Below are positions 1-13,737 of a DNA stretch of 64,000 nt, piece after piece. A program made the position numbers and the translations under genes. The notes beneath the pieces were generated by a model. That model had not been told where the DNA came from and did no database searches. It worked only from the letters and a program-made list of their open reading frames with translations. The DNA lies in NCBI GenBank assembly GCA_001662655.1, contig KV460211.1. One strand, given 5' to 3'. How positions within the stretch are numbered: position 1 is the stretch's first letter; the number at the start of each line of letters is the position of its first letter. The DNA is from Pseudogymnoascus verrucosus. Its lineage: Eukaryota.

Positions 1-361
1 GAATTTACAAAACCTCACGTACCTCGTGATTGAACATCTCTCCTCAATTGCCTTGTAACAGCCCGTGAGGACAGCCTGCAAGCCGCTGCAATTGACGCCA
101 TGCTTGCTGAGTTGGCGAGGCTCAAGTGAGCTTCGAATGGGCGCCAAAGGGTTGTTGAGGTTCCCGCCCACCAAAATCACGGCGGACATGATACTCCGGA
201 ATTCGGAGAAATACAACACCGAGATATTTTTACTGCAAGCTTTCCGCAGCCTTGCGGATTACTAGTCGTCCCAAATAGGCCCGCCCAAGGTGAGTGATTG
301 CTGCAATTGAAGCCGACACGGCCACGCGATACGTTCATGCCTAACTAATACCCTCTACCAG

Positions 362-1297
362 ATGTCCTGCTTCACGAGGAGCGCCATGCTGCGCTTCCAA
401 TCCCTCCGCGCGCCTCTCTCCCGCGTCGGCCTCAACAGCTTCCACGCGACACCCCTCCACACACTCCCCCAACGCCTCCCCCTCACGCGTACCTTCACCA
501 GCACCATCCGCCTCGCCGCCAAAAAAGCATTCTCCAAACCCCTTCCCCCAAAGCAAGCCGTCAAACCGCCCTCGGCCATCCCCGCAACCCAAACCTACCA
601 ATCCTACACCGCGAAGCTCGCCTCCCGCCCAACCCCAACACCCCTCTACATCGCCCCCTCCCACACCTTCTACATCCTCGCCGCCTACACCGGCGCCACC
701 TTCTGCATCGCCTACGCCGGCTTCAGCTACTACGCCAACGTCTACGCGCCCCCCAACGGCCTCTCGGCATGGGTCCCCATCGCCTTCGCCGGGATCTGCT
801 TCCTGATGGCCGGTATGGGCGGGTGGCTGCTCTTCGCGCCTACAAGCCTAATCCGCTCCATCACCGCATACCCCGTCAAGTCCCTCGTGGCTAACGGCCA
901 GCCAACCCTCCGCGTCGACATCGAGCTGCGCAAGGTCCTGCCGATCCCCTTCCTTGCCCCCCGCGTCATCTCCACCTCCCCCACCGACCTGCAGCTGAAT
1001 CACAGCATCTACGTCCCCCCCGCGCGCCCGGCAACAGCGTCAGAGCGTTTTGAGGTCGCGCGGCTCGAGGCGGAGGCGCGGGAGGCGGAGAGGAAGAAGT
1101 CGATTATGTTGGCGCCGTTTAGGCATGCGTCGCAGGCTTTCTTTGGGATGTTTGTGGCGATTAAGAGGACGTGGACGAGGGATGGGTTTTTGGATTTGAA
1201 GGCGGGGAAGAGGAGGTATAAGTTGGATATTACGGGGGGGTGGGCGCTGGATGAGGGGAGGGCGTTGGATCGGATTTGTAAAGTTACGCCGAGTTGA
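362..1297 (+). CDS. Hypothetical mitochondrial membrane protein (311 aa)
   Basis: Intronless ORF with an Arg/Ser/Leu-rich, acid-free N-terminus (presequence-like) and two hydrophobic segments (TFYILAAYTGATFCIAYAGFSYY; WVPIAFAGICFLMAGMGGWLLFAP). Confidence 0.7.
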   Translation: MSCFTRSAMLRFQSLRAPLSRVGLNSFHATPLHTLPQRLPLTRTFTSTIRLAAKKAFSKPLPPKQAVKPPSAIPATQTYQSYTAKLASRPTPTPLYIAPSHTFYILAAYTGATFCIAYAGFSYYANVYAPPNGLSAWVPIAFAGICFLMAGMGGWLLFAPTSLIRSITAYPVKSLVANGQPTLRVDIELRKVLPIPFLAPRVISTSPTDLQLNHSIYVPPARPATASERFEVARLEAEAREAERKKSIMLAPFRHASQAFFGMFVAIKRTWTRDGFLDLKAGKRRYKLDITGGWALDEGRALDRICKVTPS

Positions 1298-2284
1298 GGA
1301 GGAGGGGAAGGGTATGAGTGGGAGTGTTGTTTGTAGTAGGGATGGGTTGTAAGGATTATGGAGATGTATCATAGGATTGTATAGCACAAACAAATTCAAA
1401 CCAAATTCACAAGTCACCAACACCATCATGCGTGCCAAGCCCGCGTACAGCACAAGTTCATGAGAAGCTCAACCAGCATTTCAGTACCTGAAGTGAATAG
1501 GAAAATTAATCGCACCTCGTCTCCCCCCCCATTCATCAGCAAGCATGCCCGCGGCCGAAACATGGACACGCGGGTGCGAAACTACAAAAAACACCACTCT
1601 TGGTACAATCATAGCATACGGACTTTAAAAGAGGCTCTTCCCCGAATAACCCCTCCCCCCTTTTCGCATAATCCCCCCCCCCCCTTCTGCTCCCGAAAGT
1701 TCCCCCCCATACCCCCCTTATTCCCATCTCCAGTTACCCATAACGAAATCATTTGCAAGCCAGTGCAGGGAAGCACGGCTCGCCTCACGGCCAAACAGAC
1801 AAGTACATATGCCCCCCTCATGCGTCCCAACATCGTTAAAATGTCATATACACAAACCCCTTCCATCCCCTTACCCTACTTCCCAGTGCCGGCAACCAGG
1901 CCATTGAATACCCCCGTTAATTTTTCCATATCACGTAGGCGCCAGTCGCGAGGTCGTCGGGCTCATGAAGCAAAAAATCTGGGCGGGGTTAAGAAAAAGT
2001 CTGCGTAAAATGAATCATAGCGAGGTTCGAAAAGAAAGGCAAAATCCAGGGGCGCAACGTATGTGATGTTTTGCGAAGTCGAAGAGGCGGGTCGTACCAG
2101 TCGAAAGAATTGGGGTGGTCGAATACGGAGAGAGAGGTTGGCAGGCGACCTGCGGAGGATGTTGGAGGAAAGGAATATTTCGAGTCGGCGTTGGGTGGTA
2201 ATTTCGATATGGGAAAAATAAAATAAGAGTCGATTTATCTGCGTCCGAACCTGCTACACACGAGAATGTTCGTAATTGTTCTTC

Positions 2285-3476
2285 TTACTTCTTTTGCTTC
2301 CGCGGAGGAGTGACAGGTCTGCTCGCGCCTAGACCGCCATAAACGTACTTTTGTTTTTTCTCGGCAGGTTTCAAAATCTGAAGAGACATAAAGATCAGCC
2401 ACCTGTCCAATCGCAATACAAGGGAAACAAAGGGCATATATATCTTACCTGGAACGAACACAACAGACTCTCATCCACGCTCATCATTGCACCAGCATTG
2501 TCAAACTCTCCACAGTAATTGGGCGCGCTGAACAGCGTGACCAATTGCCGCTTCGAGAAGAATTCATACCCGTCTTCAACGACCTGATGAGCGCGGCAAA
2601 TCAAGTCCATATCATGCTTTTGAAGGAATCTTGAAACGACGTCGGGACCGAAGGTAAACGATACACCGCGGTCATTCTCAGACCATCCGGTTATGTCCTT
2701 GTCGGGGTCGGACCAGAGCAAATCGCAGAGAAGGCCGCAGTCGGGAATCTATAAAGTTGGTCAGCAAAAGTTCGCGCCCTCTCTCGTCGAACGACGAGAG
2801 CTGGCAAGGACCGAGCACAGGTTAGGGCTTACGTCAGTTGGGCGCATAACGCGGCGAATCTGCTCCATGGAGTTGAGATCGGGGCTGAGGCCTCCGTGCA
2901 TTGTGAAGATCTTCTCGTCAATAATGGCAGCAATGGGCAGGCAGTTAAAGCAGTCAGTAAAGGTCTTCCACAGCTTAATGTTATATCTTCTCTTGCACTC
3001 GTCGTAGAAGCCGTAGATGCGGTTGATCGAGGCGCATTCGTGGTTACCGCGGAGGATGAAGAAGTTCTCTGGGTATTTGATCTTGTACGCAAGCAAGAGG
3101 CAGATCGTCTCCAGCGACTGCTTTCCTCTGTCGACGTAGTCACCCAGGAAGAGGTAGTTGGCTTCCGGTGGGAATCCACCGTATTCGAAGAGTCTCAAGA
3201 GATCGTAATATTGGCCGTGGATATCGCCGCAAATCTGAACGCAAATCATCAGCGACTGGCTGGTGAAACAGCGCATTGCACAAGTGGGATACGAACCTTG
3301 ATGGGAGCCTCAAGCTCCAGAAGGATCGGTTGAGAGATGAAGATCTCACGAGCTTTTGTGCACAGATAGCGGATCTCAGCCTCCAAGAGCTGAACCTGCT
3401 TTCCCGGTCTGCTTCCTCTGACCTCCAACAGACGGTCTATTATGGAATCGAGATCCACATCGTTCTGGTCCGCCAT
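2285..3476 (-). CDS. GLC7: Ser/Thr protein phosphatase PP1 catalytic subunit
   Basis: Exons 3476-3297, 3234-2833, 2748-2449, 2377-2285, all GT-AG. Motifs GDIHGQ, GDYVDRG, RGNHE and SAPNYC; C-terminal ...[11 protein letters not shown]. Confidence 0.98.
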
Positions 3477-6025
3477 GACGTCTGGGCCTCTCGAAGGAGG
3501 TGGGTTGGAGTGGGGTCGGTTTTGCTCGCTGTATGTGCGTCTCGGAAAGTCGATACAGGCTATATCGTGTTTCGCTGTTGAGAGGACTGTAACTCACTTG
3601 TTGGACTGGCACGCGTTAGAAGTTAGTTTTTCAAGAGGCGAGGTCGTCGCTCCGTCAGCCGCGTTGTGACTGAATCTGACGCAGCAGGCTCGGTTTGTTG
3701 ACAACTCTCCAGGGAAGGTGAATGCTTACTATCAGTGAGTCGGCCTCGGTGAATAGAATGGAGAGGAGCTCAAAGCCTCCAGTTGCTGCAAATTTCGCTT
3801 GAGTGGTGGTAGTTGAGTCGTTGCTGTTGACAGAGGCAGAGTCGAGTTGCCTGGTCGCCTGTGATTTGCGTCACGGATAAGGTGGGATCGAGGGTGGACT
3901 AAACGTCTCTGTGCAGTAGTGTAATAGAAAGTCGATATCGACTTCTCGTTTGGGGGGATCAAGGTGCGTCAAGTGGCAATCGTTGTGATCCGTGTTTTGT
4001 TGAAGTGGTGGTGAAAGGGTGGAGATGTCGCGCGAGGTTGAGATTTGAGTAGTAGAACTTTGACTATCTCTTAGCGGCTGGCCGACAACACGAAAAATGC
4101 GCAGCAAGGAACTTTGGTCGCGTAAAGCCGTAATAGCGACAGTAATAAGTTTCAACCCACAGCTAAAAGGTTCGGCGCTTCCGATTTCAAAATATAATTC
4201 AGTTAATGTAACTGTTCGCGCAATAGTAGAGCGAGAGAAATTGTAGATTTATAATTCAAGAGCAAGCAAGATAAGTTTGTTGAGGGAAGGGTCGGAGGGT
4301 GGACGAAGGGGGTTCCTGAAATCCCGAGAGCTCGTTTTAGATGTCAAGGGAGCAACGTCTGGACGTTCTACCCGGTAGAGCACTGAAACGCGATTTCAAA
4401 GCACAACTATTCTTTCTGCAGGTACAGCCAGAATAAAACACAAATACTTCAATAATAGAGCCACGCTTCTTTTCTTCACTGATTTATACTGATTTGAAAC
4501 TAGAATTCTTCGACTTGGGGTATGGAATGAAGATTTGACCTTTTACTGAGGGGTAATGGGCAAGTACTTCTATATATCTATGTTGTAATGGCTGACGACC
4601 TCCCGCCTCTCACCACACCCTCTCCGGCACCGAAAAAAAAGAGTCTCTCCTCCCTGCTCCTTTTGCTCCTTGCTGCCTTGAGGGGGGAAGAGGGGGGAAA
4701 CTATTATATAAGCAACATTAACCGTCCGTTGGTAAACGACCTGTACTGTGCCGGGAAACAGGACTCCAGGTCATCCTCCATGCTCACTGGTGTCTCGGTA
4801 GACGCCACGCTGATGCCGCCATGAAAGCCTGGGCCTAACAAACGGTAAGCAGGAGGGCAATTTTGACTTAATGAGGGTGTGAGGGTGTGGCTCCTGGGCG
4901 CTAAATCAAATCGTTAGAAAGACCCTACGAAACCCCCGTTCTGAGGGTTTCTATTTTGAGAGATTGTCGTTAACTTGATCTCATCCCGAGAAGAAATTCC
5001 CCATAAATAACATACATCATACCTCATCATAGTTCCACTCTTCTTTCTCGAGCCCAGAATTTCCACTTTATATTCAAGATTCCAAGCCCAGTGCTTCCTG
5101 CAAACTGATCTGAACTTCTTTGTTGGGGGAGAGGGAGGGGGTCTCGGATTTCCACATCCGTCTCAGACAACGTACGTACTTTATACTCATGATGCTGGAT
5201 ATCGGATACGGAGCCTATCAGAATGCCAACATTATAAAGGGCTGATGTGTTGGACAGCATACCTTGGGCCTTGTCTAGGGTACAGTCGTATTGCTTGATT
5301 CGTCCCATCTTCGCACTCTGGGCATCGCACTCTGGGCACTATACGTCCAGACCACCGCCGTTATCAGGGGTCTACCATCCAACCCCCCTCAGCCTTATCT
5401 CTGCCTTGAAGTAGAAAGAAGGGCCATGTGGACATATTATAAATGAAAGCATCACACCATTAATCATTTCAAAGGCTGCAGCAGCATTATAAGGGTATAA
5501 CAGATCATGATTCATTCGTAGCCTTCTCTTCCCATGCACGATAACTCCCACCAACGCCCAGCTAAATTATCCCTTCAAACACCTCTCCCCCCCCTACTTT
5601 ACACAGTGGAAAAATCGCAAAAACCAACCAAATGTCAGGAAAAGCCCGACGAAAACAAATGCCACGCCCAGGATCAGCTCCGGGGCAATGGATGCAAGCA
5701 ACTACCTCTCCGCCACTCTTGGACCCCGAATCACTCAAGAGCAAACCCGCGCGCAAAAAAATCAAGAAATCAAAAACATTCTCAAAAGCGACCTCCGCCC
5801 ATGCCCATCCCAATCCCAATGCTATGCTCCTTAAAAACAAAACCGCGAAAAACGACAACGAGGATGTGAAGTAAACGAACTCGCATCTAAAAAACAAAAA
5901 AACCTGGAAAAACATTCCTACACAAAAATATGCTTTGACAATGAAGTGGAATCTTTTTTGCGGGTATGTGTTACAAAAGACTGATATCTTATGTATCGGG
6001 TGGGATCCGCAACGCAGGGCTTTTC

Positions 6026-8644
6026 TCAGCCGAGCGTGCGCCCACTCTGTATCGTCTGTTGACTGCGTGGCCGAGGGGTGGTCGGGCTCGGTCGGATGGT
6101 GCTCGCGGGGCTGAAATCGCCCGGAGGGTGGTGGGAGGGCGGTTTTTGTGATTCCCAGCCTTCCTCGCTCAGGACGCTGAGCCAGCCGTTGCCAGCCTCG
6201 TTTCGGAGAGCCTCGATTTTCTTTCGGTACATTTCGCCGCTGACACTCCAGTCTTGGGTGTCGAGGTCTTGGGTGCCGAGGGATGGCAGCGAAATGGTCG
6301 ATTCCTCTAGGGATCTCTCTGCGGGAAGGAGTTGGGGGGTGGTGGTTGTATCGAGGCGAGGCAATATGTCGGGTTGGCTGGTTGTACGCTCCGGACGTGG
6401 AGGCGTATAGTCGGGTATGGTATGTGAGGGGTGCGTGTCAGGGCTTACTCCATAACCACTGTCGGACCCTGCTGTTCCTGGGATTGGTTCTTCGGACTTC
6501 AATACCACTGGTGGCTTGGGTTTATTCGGCAACACCTCTGACGTGGATAGGTCGACGATTCTCCGTTTCGGTGTCCTTCTCCGACGGGATGAGCTTGTAT
6601 AAACATCGCTAGTCGCTGTGTTTGGTTGAGGTCTCTCCTTGCGTAGCACTGAAGCTTCTTTGGGAGAATCATATATAATCGCTGGCTTCGTAATATCTAC
6701 AGCAGTAGGTAGTGGTGGCAATGGCTTCACTACGGGAACATTTTCACGCTCTGGAACGCGTTCTACGAGTTGTCTCCTCTCGTTATACCCTGGGCCGGAA
6801 GCGTCGATTATCATGTCCTCGGTAAACCCAGGCGAATTTCGGAATAAGTTGAAGATGGTAACTCGATAATTTGGATGGGTCTTGGTGAATGGATTTCCGC
6901 CGACCCAAATCTCCTTCAATTCCGGGATTCCAGTCAGCCTGGCAAGCTCAGTAGGATCTGTGAGCTTGTTGTCTCTAAGGTCCAGGCGTTCCAGTGGGTA
7001 CAATCGTTCTACTCCAGCTAATGACATCAAGCGGTTCCCCCTGAGGTTCAAGGCAGTGATGGCAGGAAGTGGGTTGCGTGTCAGGGAGTGGAGAGAATCA
7101 ATCATGCAGTTTGAGAGATTAAGGGCCCGTAAAGCTGTCAGAGATGCGAGGGAATCGGGAATCTGCGAAAATAAATTCGAAGATAGATCCAGAGAGTTGA
7201 GGGTATTGGCTAACGGTGCTAGGCCCGTAGCAGAAATCGATGTGAGGGAGTTGTCAGCCAGGCTGAGATGTTTGAGGAATCGCCATTTCGTAGATGGCAG
7301 GATGCCCGTCGACAAGATGTTGGAGCTGCTGCCTCTTGGGTTATACCAGGTATCGGATGTGCTTGAATGGGAGCTGTTGGATCCAGATCGCTTCACTTTG
7401 TGCGATCCGCGGACATGGCCATGAGCAGATCCAGTTCTCGAGCTTGTGGGCCGGACAGGTGAGCTGCTTCTAGGGCGGTTGTTCTTCGTGAGCGAAGTCA
7501 AGTCTCCAGAAGCAGAGCGGCCGAGACCAAAGTCGCTGTGATGCATCGCCCGGGACTCGCGACTCTCGGGACTGCCGACTCGCGAATCTGGTGATCCTGG
7601 CGCAGAATTTGAGTGAACGAGCTCCGCATGAGGTATAGTTGGACTCCTTTTAGGACTGATATTCGGTGCCCAAGGTGATATAGGTGATGATTGAGCCTTC
7701 GACGAGCGCCGGCGCCTCTTATCCATGTCATCCAAAACTATGTCGATTAGCAAATCGCCAGGATCTTCTATCGAGGCCCGCTTGACGGTCAAGCTGCGAA
7801 GCTGTTCCGCCAATCGGTCCCAACCAAAAAATTGTCTGATATCGATATCACTAATCTCCAAGGCGCTTAGGTTCTTGAAAGCAATCAGAGGAACTGCAGT
7901 GTCGAAGGGAAATTCCTCGTATCCAGAGATCAGTCTCGCACGGCGATCCGGTGTCAATCGAAGACAGGGGATCTTGGTGAAGGCTGAGTATAGGTATTTG
8001 AGGTCTTCCCTGTTCGCAGCCAGTTGTCTTTCGATTTTGGCAGCAGAACTTGCACCTCTGAGGCTGAAGCCAGACCATAGCGACGTCATGCCCGACATGA
8101 CGCTTCGCATGCTTGAAACGGAGTGTATAGAGCCATGGTCGGAGCCGCTCTTTGGATTTTGTGATTTTCCAAGGAAGGAGACATAGTTTGCGGAAGTATC
8201 GGAGTGTAGGCTTTCGAGTCGCACGTTCATAGGCCCAACAGCTATCCCAAGATCTTCGAATCGCGAGAGGAGATAGAATAGATGATGCGGAGTGAGGGCG
8301 AGCTTCGCGGGTTTGATGTTATGGCTTGCAAAATTTAGGTATGGTAGTGAGAGCGCTGCGGCAAGTGTGCTCGATGTCAGGGTCGATGATGCCGACGACG
8401 ACGGTGGGCTGATGACGGTCGTCGATGTGCTGGTGGGGACCCCCAGCGCGCCCGAGTGGCTTTGTGACCGGCCATGTCCGGGTGATTGTTGTTTTCGTAG
8501 TTGTAGAGCATTTGCGAGAGCTTTCTCATGAGTTCGAACGAATTGGGCGAGGTTCTAGAGGACGTCGTCAGTTCTGATTAAATCGTAGACAGTTTGGATG
8601 TGTGTGTTTACCTTTACGAACAGCTGCCCATCTTCAGTGTCCAT
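6026..8644 (-). CDS. Leucine-rich repeat protein (nischarin/STK11IP-like LRR block), about 853 aa
   Basis: Exon 1 8644-8612 (MDTEDGQLFVK), GT-AG intron, then exon 2 8554-6026 (NLAQFVRTHEKALANAL...). Tandem LxxLxLxxN repeats (LKHLSLADN, LNSLDLSSN, LRALNLSNC, ITALNLRGN, LERLDLRDN). Confidence 0.85.
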
Positions 8645-11600
8645 CCCGGCCGGAGAGAAGACGCAGGCTTCAACTGCGCGTAGACTTCGACATGAAGACT
8701 ATATATTATCGGTTGCCCCACTGGTGGTACACTGTCGACGCTGTATTACCCAGCCTCGCCGGAGATACTCCTTATGGCACAACCACAAGAGTCCCAGAGT
8801 GTCAGTAGAGGCTGACCTGACCTGTGGTTGAGACAAAGATTAGCAAGGTGCCAGTTGAGGATCGAGGGTGGAGGAAAACATTAGGTTGGGAAGAAAGGCT
8901 GCTCTCGCTGCCTTGTGCGCCCCAGGACTCAGGAGTATTACGCACACCTCATGCGAATAGCTTGAGCCTCGCGCGATGACTGATCATGGCTTCGAAAGGG
9001 CTTCAAGACACGGGCGAGTCATGGGGCTGCACAACAGTTCACGAGCGTCGCGGGTCTGAACTTCAAACAAGAACAAGCTTATGTTTATCGCAATAAGGAG
9101 AGAAAGTGTTTCACTCACCAGTGTATAGATCCACTGGATCTATTATCCACACGACACCGAGAAATACCCCGTCGACGTCGACGCAACAACACACAGATCT
9201 CTCTCCAAAGGAAGGGAGTGTCGACGAGAAGCGACAAGGCTGTTCAAGTATATAGCAAATTTCACTTGGTAAAAGGATTCGCCGGGCACACCCACGAATA
9301 AGCGCAGACGTGGGGGGGAACGGGTGCACGGTGATGTACACTGCAGCAGCGAGGTCGGTGGAGACGCAGACTACTCAAGGGTCCTTAGTGCACGGTGTGC
9401 AGCTAATGACGGATCCCAGCCACCACTTGCAGGGCAGTGAAGCCAGTGAAGCCAAGTAGCCAGTAGGCTCTTGAGAAACTGACTGTGGGATATGCAGCTG
9501 GGGATGCAGCTGGGGATGCAAACTGAGGATGAGGACGAGGACGAGGACGAGGATGCTGAGAGTCTCGGGTTTTTGCCAGTAGAGTGAGTAATGGTTGGTA
9601 GTAGTATAGTATAGTATAGGGTAAAGAGGCCAAGATCGAGGGAGTTGGCAATATAAAAAATGGTTGTAGTTGTAGTGCTTATGGTGTTGGTTGAGGTGTG
9701 GTTGTTTGAGTGGTGGTGTTTGTGTTGGTGATTCGAAATTATGTATGTATGTGTGTACTGCCCTGCGGCATGGATGGGGGTACAGTCCCGTGCAGTACAG
9801 TCGCAGTATAGTCGTAGTATAGTCGCAGTACAGTTCCAATACAGCCCAGTACAATAAACCTTCGAAATTGCGAGGTACAGTAAGAGAATGAAAGAGAGAG
9901 TAAGAGAGTAAGACTGCGACTACAGACTAGCATATTATGGGATACTACGGGCTACTATGGTTTATTATCTTAAGACAGTATGCACCAGATCAGAGCTGAA
10001 ATTCTCTACAATCGGATCTTATTACGCGCCATCCTCTTGATAGGACCAGAGGACTATACGCCGAGTATACGCCCAGTTTTACGTACTCCCTCCTCCGTAG
10101 GTGCAGATATATGTACTTCCTATGGCTCCTAGTAGTTTAACACTCGGTCGACTTGGCAAAAGGGCGGTACTGGAGTAATCTCCTTCAATCTCCTACAATC
10201 TCCTACAATCTCCTATATCTGATCGTACTTTACCGCGTAGGAGTGGCAGTGGCGGTCGTAGTGTGCAGTCGTAGTGCCAGTAGTAGTGCCAGTGGTAGTC
10301 TACTCCATATACGAGGCTAGCAAGTAGCAGCGATGTCCCTTCATGCGAAGAATCACACTGCCATTTCTGAAACATATACGCCAGTGATCCCCATCCATCC
10401 CCATCCAGTTGCACCAACAGCAGAGTAGTAGCGATCGACAATATCGAAAGGGCGCATGTACCCTCTACTGGTGGAGCATATACGGGTGGAGTAACACAGC
10501 CGAGTTGTCATTGAAGCTATTCACAGTTTTGGACACGTTGGCGGCAAGTCAGGAGAGTCAGGAGACTCGAATACTACGAACCCCTTTCTCTACGCTGAGA
10601 AGAAGCTGAAGATGACGGGCAATGGAGGCGTGTTCAGAGGTCAGCATCAGCGCCAGATTACGAAGCCGCGAAGTCACGCACACATACACATACACACGCA
10701 ACACACTGACTACAATAATAGATCGCCCTCATCGTGCGGCGGCTTACCCCCACCTCACAAAAAAACGCTGAGGCAGAAAACGGGATGTCCGTGGTATATC
10801 TACTCGAGTACTACTCTACTCCCCAAGTCCATAAATACATAGAGTCGGCAAGGAAGCCTTCTCGAGAGTTCCCGTGTAGCAATGATCACTCGGTGATTGT
10901 CGATAATGCAGAACGGGTTCTCGCATCCAAGTGAATGGTTGCCATCCTCATCCTCAGACACCCGTGTGCCCTTTGTTTCCTGTTTCTCGATATCATTTCC
11001 CAAAGTTGCCCCGGTTCAGCAGCCAAGCGCAAGCCCACAACTTGAGACAACCCCACACCTTTTCCTTACATGTCCACCAAGGCCGTGTGGCATGGGTATA
11101 GGCTGCATGTCAGCCAGTCACGAAGCGATGGATCGCGGCAGGCAGTGCGCAGGAGAGGAGCCACAAGAGGAGCCAACGCCAGCCGCGTGAGGATGATAGC
11201 CATCAAATCTCCCAAGTTGTTGGCTAGCAGCGCCAATCACGGGCCCGAATTGCATCATTTGTCTCATCACTAGGAAGCATTTGTCTTCATTCAGACTGTC
11301 TAAATTCAAACTCTGTCCGGCACCTGTGCTCTGTGTACCAGAAAAGTATTCGGTTCCCAAGCTGGTGGGTGATACTTGAGAAAGAAAAGGCTTGTGTCTC
11401 GCTCACCGCTTGACTTTCTCGCGATTCCGTCAGCGCCTGCAGCGACGACGAGCTCGGGTATGCCGCCGACGACCACACCCACTCGGAGAGCGACTGATCG
11501 TTTGTATGTGAGGGCTACATATGCAGATGCCCGTCGCCGCACCAAAATGCAACTTTCTACCACTCCTCATTTCCAAATCACCCAAACCAATACCCACACT

Positions 11601-13684
11601 CTTCAGCTACTCGGCTTACCAGCCCACCTTCATGGCCATTGGGGTGTCAGGTGCGATACCATTCGTCCCGTTTCAGGCAATGATGTCGCCCCCCGCGTAT
11701 CGCCACGATGATACTAACCCTCAAATTCCAAACGTTTCTCTGAAGCCAGAGCAAAATAGTGTTAGGTCGGCGTTTGTATGCGCGAACGACACACAGATTC
11801 GTCGCGATATAGCAGTCTTATAGCCTCTGAGGAGCAGAGCGTGGGGTCTTGCCCGGCGATTGGCCAGGAGGAGGGCTATCTGTCATTTGTGTGGCCAGTA
11901 CGCACAGATTATGTATATACATAGTAAATGCCGCGCAGCATGCTCCTCCCTGTTGCAGCAAACCAAACGGCCTTTTATCCGGTTGGACCCGCACTCCTTA
12001 GTTGGAGATCTGGGGGTCGCTCTCAACACAGAAATTTGCAGTGTCAGATGAAGCGGAGAGCGCGGATCACAGAGACAGAAAGAATCTTAGTCCGTCGTAA
12101 AGGTTGCATCTCACCGCCGGCGTAAGCTCGTCGGCGGCCCTTGGCATCACAGATCCCACCTTGCACATGCAACATCCCACCTTGCAGAGCAGCCCCTCCT
12201 CGAGAACGACCCCTCACTCTCCCCTCCATCGCTCCAAGTCGAGCTGGTTCGCCGGAGGGCGTCCCAGCGCGCAACACTGCATTGTAGTTCACTCATGCCG
12301 TGTCTGGCGGTGAGGAGGCCCGGGTCCGCGAGTTTGGTTCGCAATCGCCGACCATACACTCGACCATACACAACCTTAAATTCCACATGTAGCGTCTACC
12401 TCGCGTATAGATGCTGCAGCGGGTTTACAGCCCTCGTCCCCCCCACCACTTCATCAAAAATTTCCCCGCGCAAACAATATATTCTGCTGGGGTTTCGGCT
12501 TGGGGTATGGATACAATCAGTTATTGTAAACGGTACTGACAGATATCCGACTCCGGGCACTCCCACGAATGACGCACAGCCGTCCGGGACCCCCGCGCTA
12601 TGGCACCCCCGCGGCTCCGGCGCCTTTCCACAAAATGGAACTTGTGCTAGGAATCCCTGGAGCGCAAGCGAACGGGTTGCGGGCACTTGCACGTCTAGGG
12701 CAGGTCACATCCTGGGTGGTGTGCCGTATCTGTATCTGACGGCTCTACTGGCCGCATTTTAGGGTCCAAGATATCGATTATGTGTATCAGAGTAATTGCC
12801 CAAGCGAGGGGAAGCAGAGACCCATACTGAGCCAAAGATTCCCAGACGCTTGCCCGCTTGATTGGTTCCATAACCCCCATGAACCACCACCACCATCCCC
12901 AGGATTTCGATTAACATTTCTATTCCTGGTGGGTGTGGAGGGCGCGCGCATCTCAATTCCGACTTCGGGCCGGCGAGGGTGCGATAAGGCCAATCATGAG
13001 AGATGCGGACGACATTTCTTTACCAATGGTGAGGGGCAATCGCGGTGCGGCGAGATGGTGGCAGCACCACACTGCCGGGATATAGATATCACATGCGTTA
13101 CTGGCTCCCCGTTTGAGCGATGCTGCACAATCAGATGCCAAGATTAGGCGAGGATGGCGTGGGGTGAGTGGCTTGATGGGCTTGAGACGACATCATTGCA
13201 CAGTAGTAGGACGTTAGTATAAGTATGGGCATGACCGAAGATCGGTCTGGAGATCGACTCCGAAATCTGCCAAGGGCTGTCATAGGTATGGTAGGGCGGG
13301 AGGGGATTGTAAGGCGGATTCTCACTGCCAGTTAGACGTAGAAGAGGTTCGCTGAGCCGTCTGTCTCCATACTAAGGAGTTGAGGATCCACGTAGTGTCA
13401 CCGCTCGCCCTGCCTCTCGGAAGAAACAGGGCGTTAATCTTGACTACGTTGTTCCAAGGTTTGACAGATTCAGTTGCCCCTAGCAGATACGGAGTTTAGG
13501 GCTGCAGCACAGATGTCTCGGAAGGGAAGTATCAAGTCTACGTAAGTTGTTTATATGTCATAGTATATTGGGGTGGCAACGGCAGTTAAAACTTTCACGA
13601 TGAGTGATAATGTCAGAATCAGAAACAGAAACAGCTTGCTACGTAATAATTTCTAAAATTTCAGCAAATACTCCTTGGACTCTA

Positions 13685-13737
13685 TCCCTCCCGTAAGTAG
13701 TCATAGCAACTATAACTATGACTATTTACGGGAGGGA
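13685..13737. repeat. Inverted repeat, 22-bp arms with 9-nt loop
   Basis: tccctcccgtaagtagtcatag-caactataa-ctatgactatttacgggaggga; one G.T mismatch. Confidence 0.85.

Noticed and set aside
1460..2008. 182-aa + strand ORF
   Set aside because: Low-complexity sequence in the convergent 3' UTR zone of PP1 with no coding signature.
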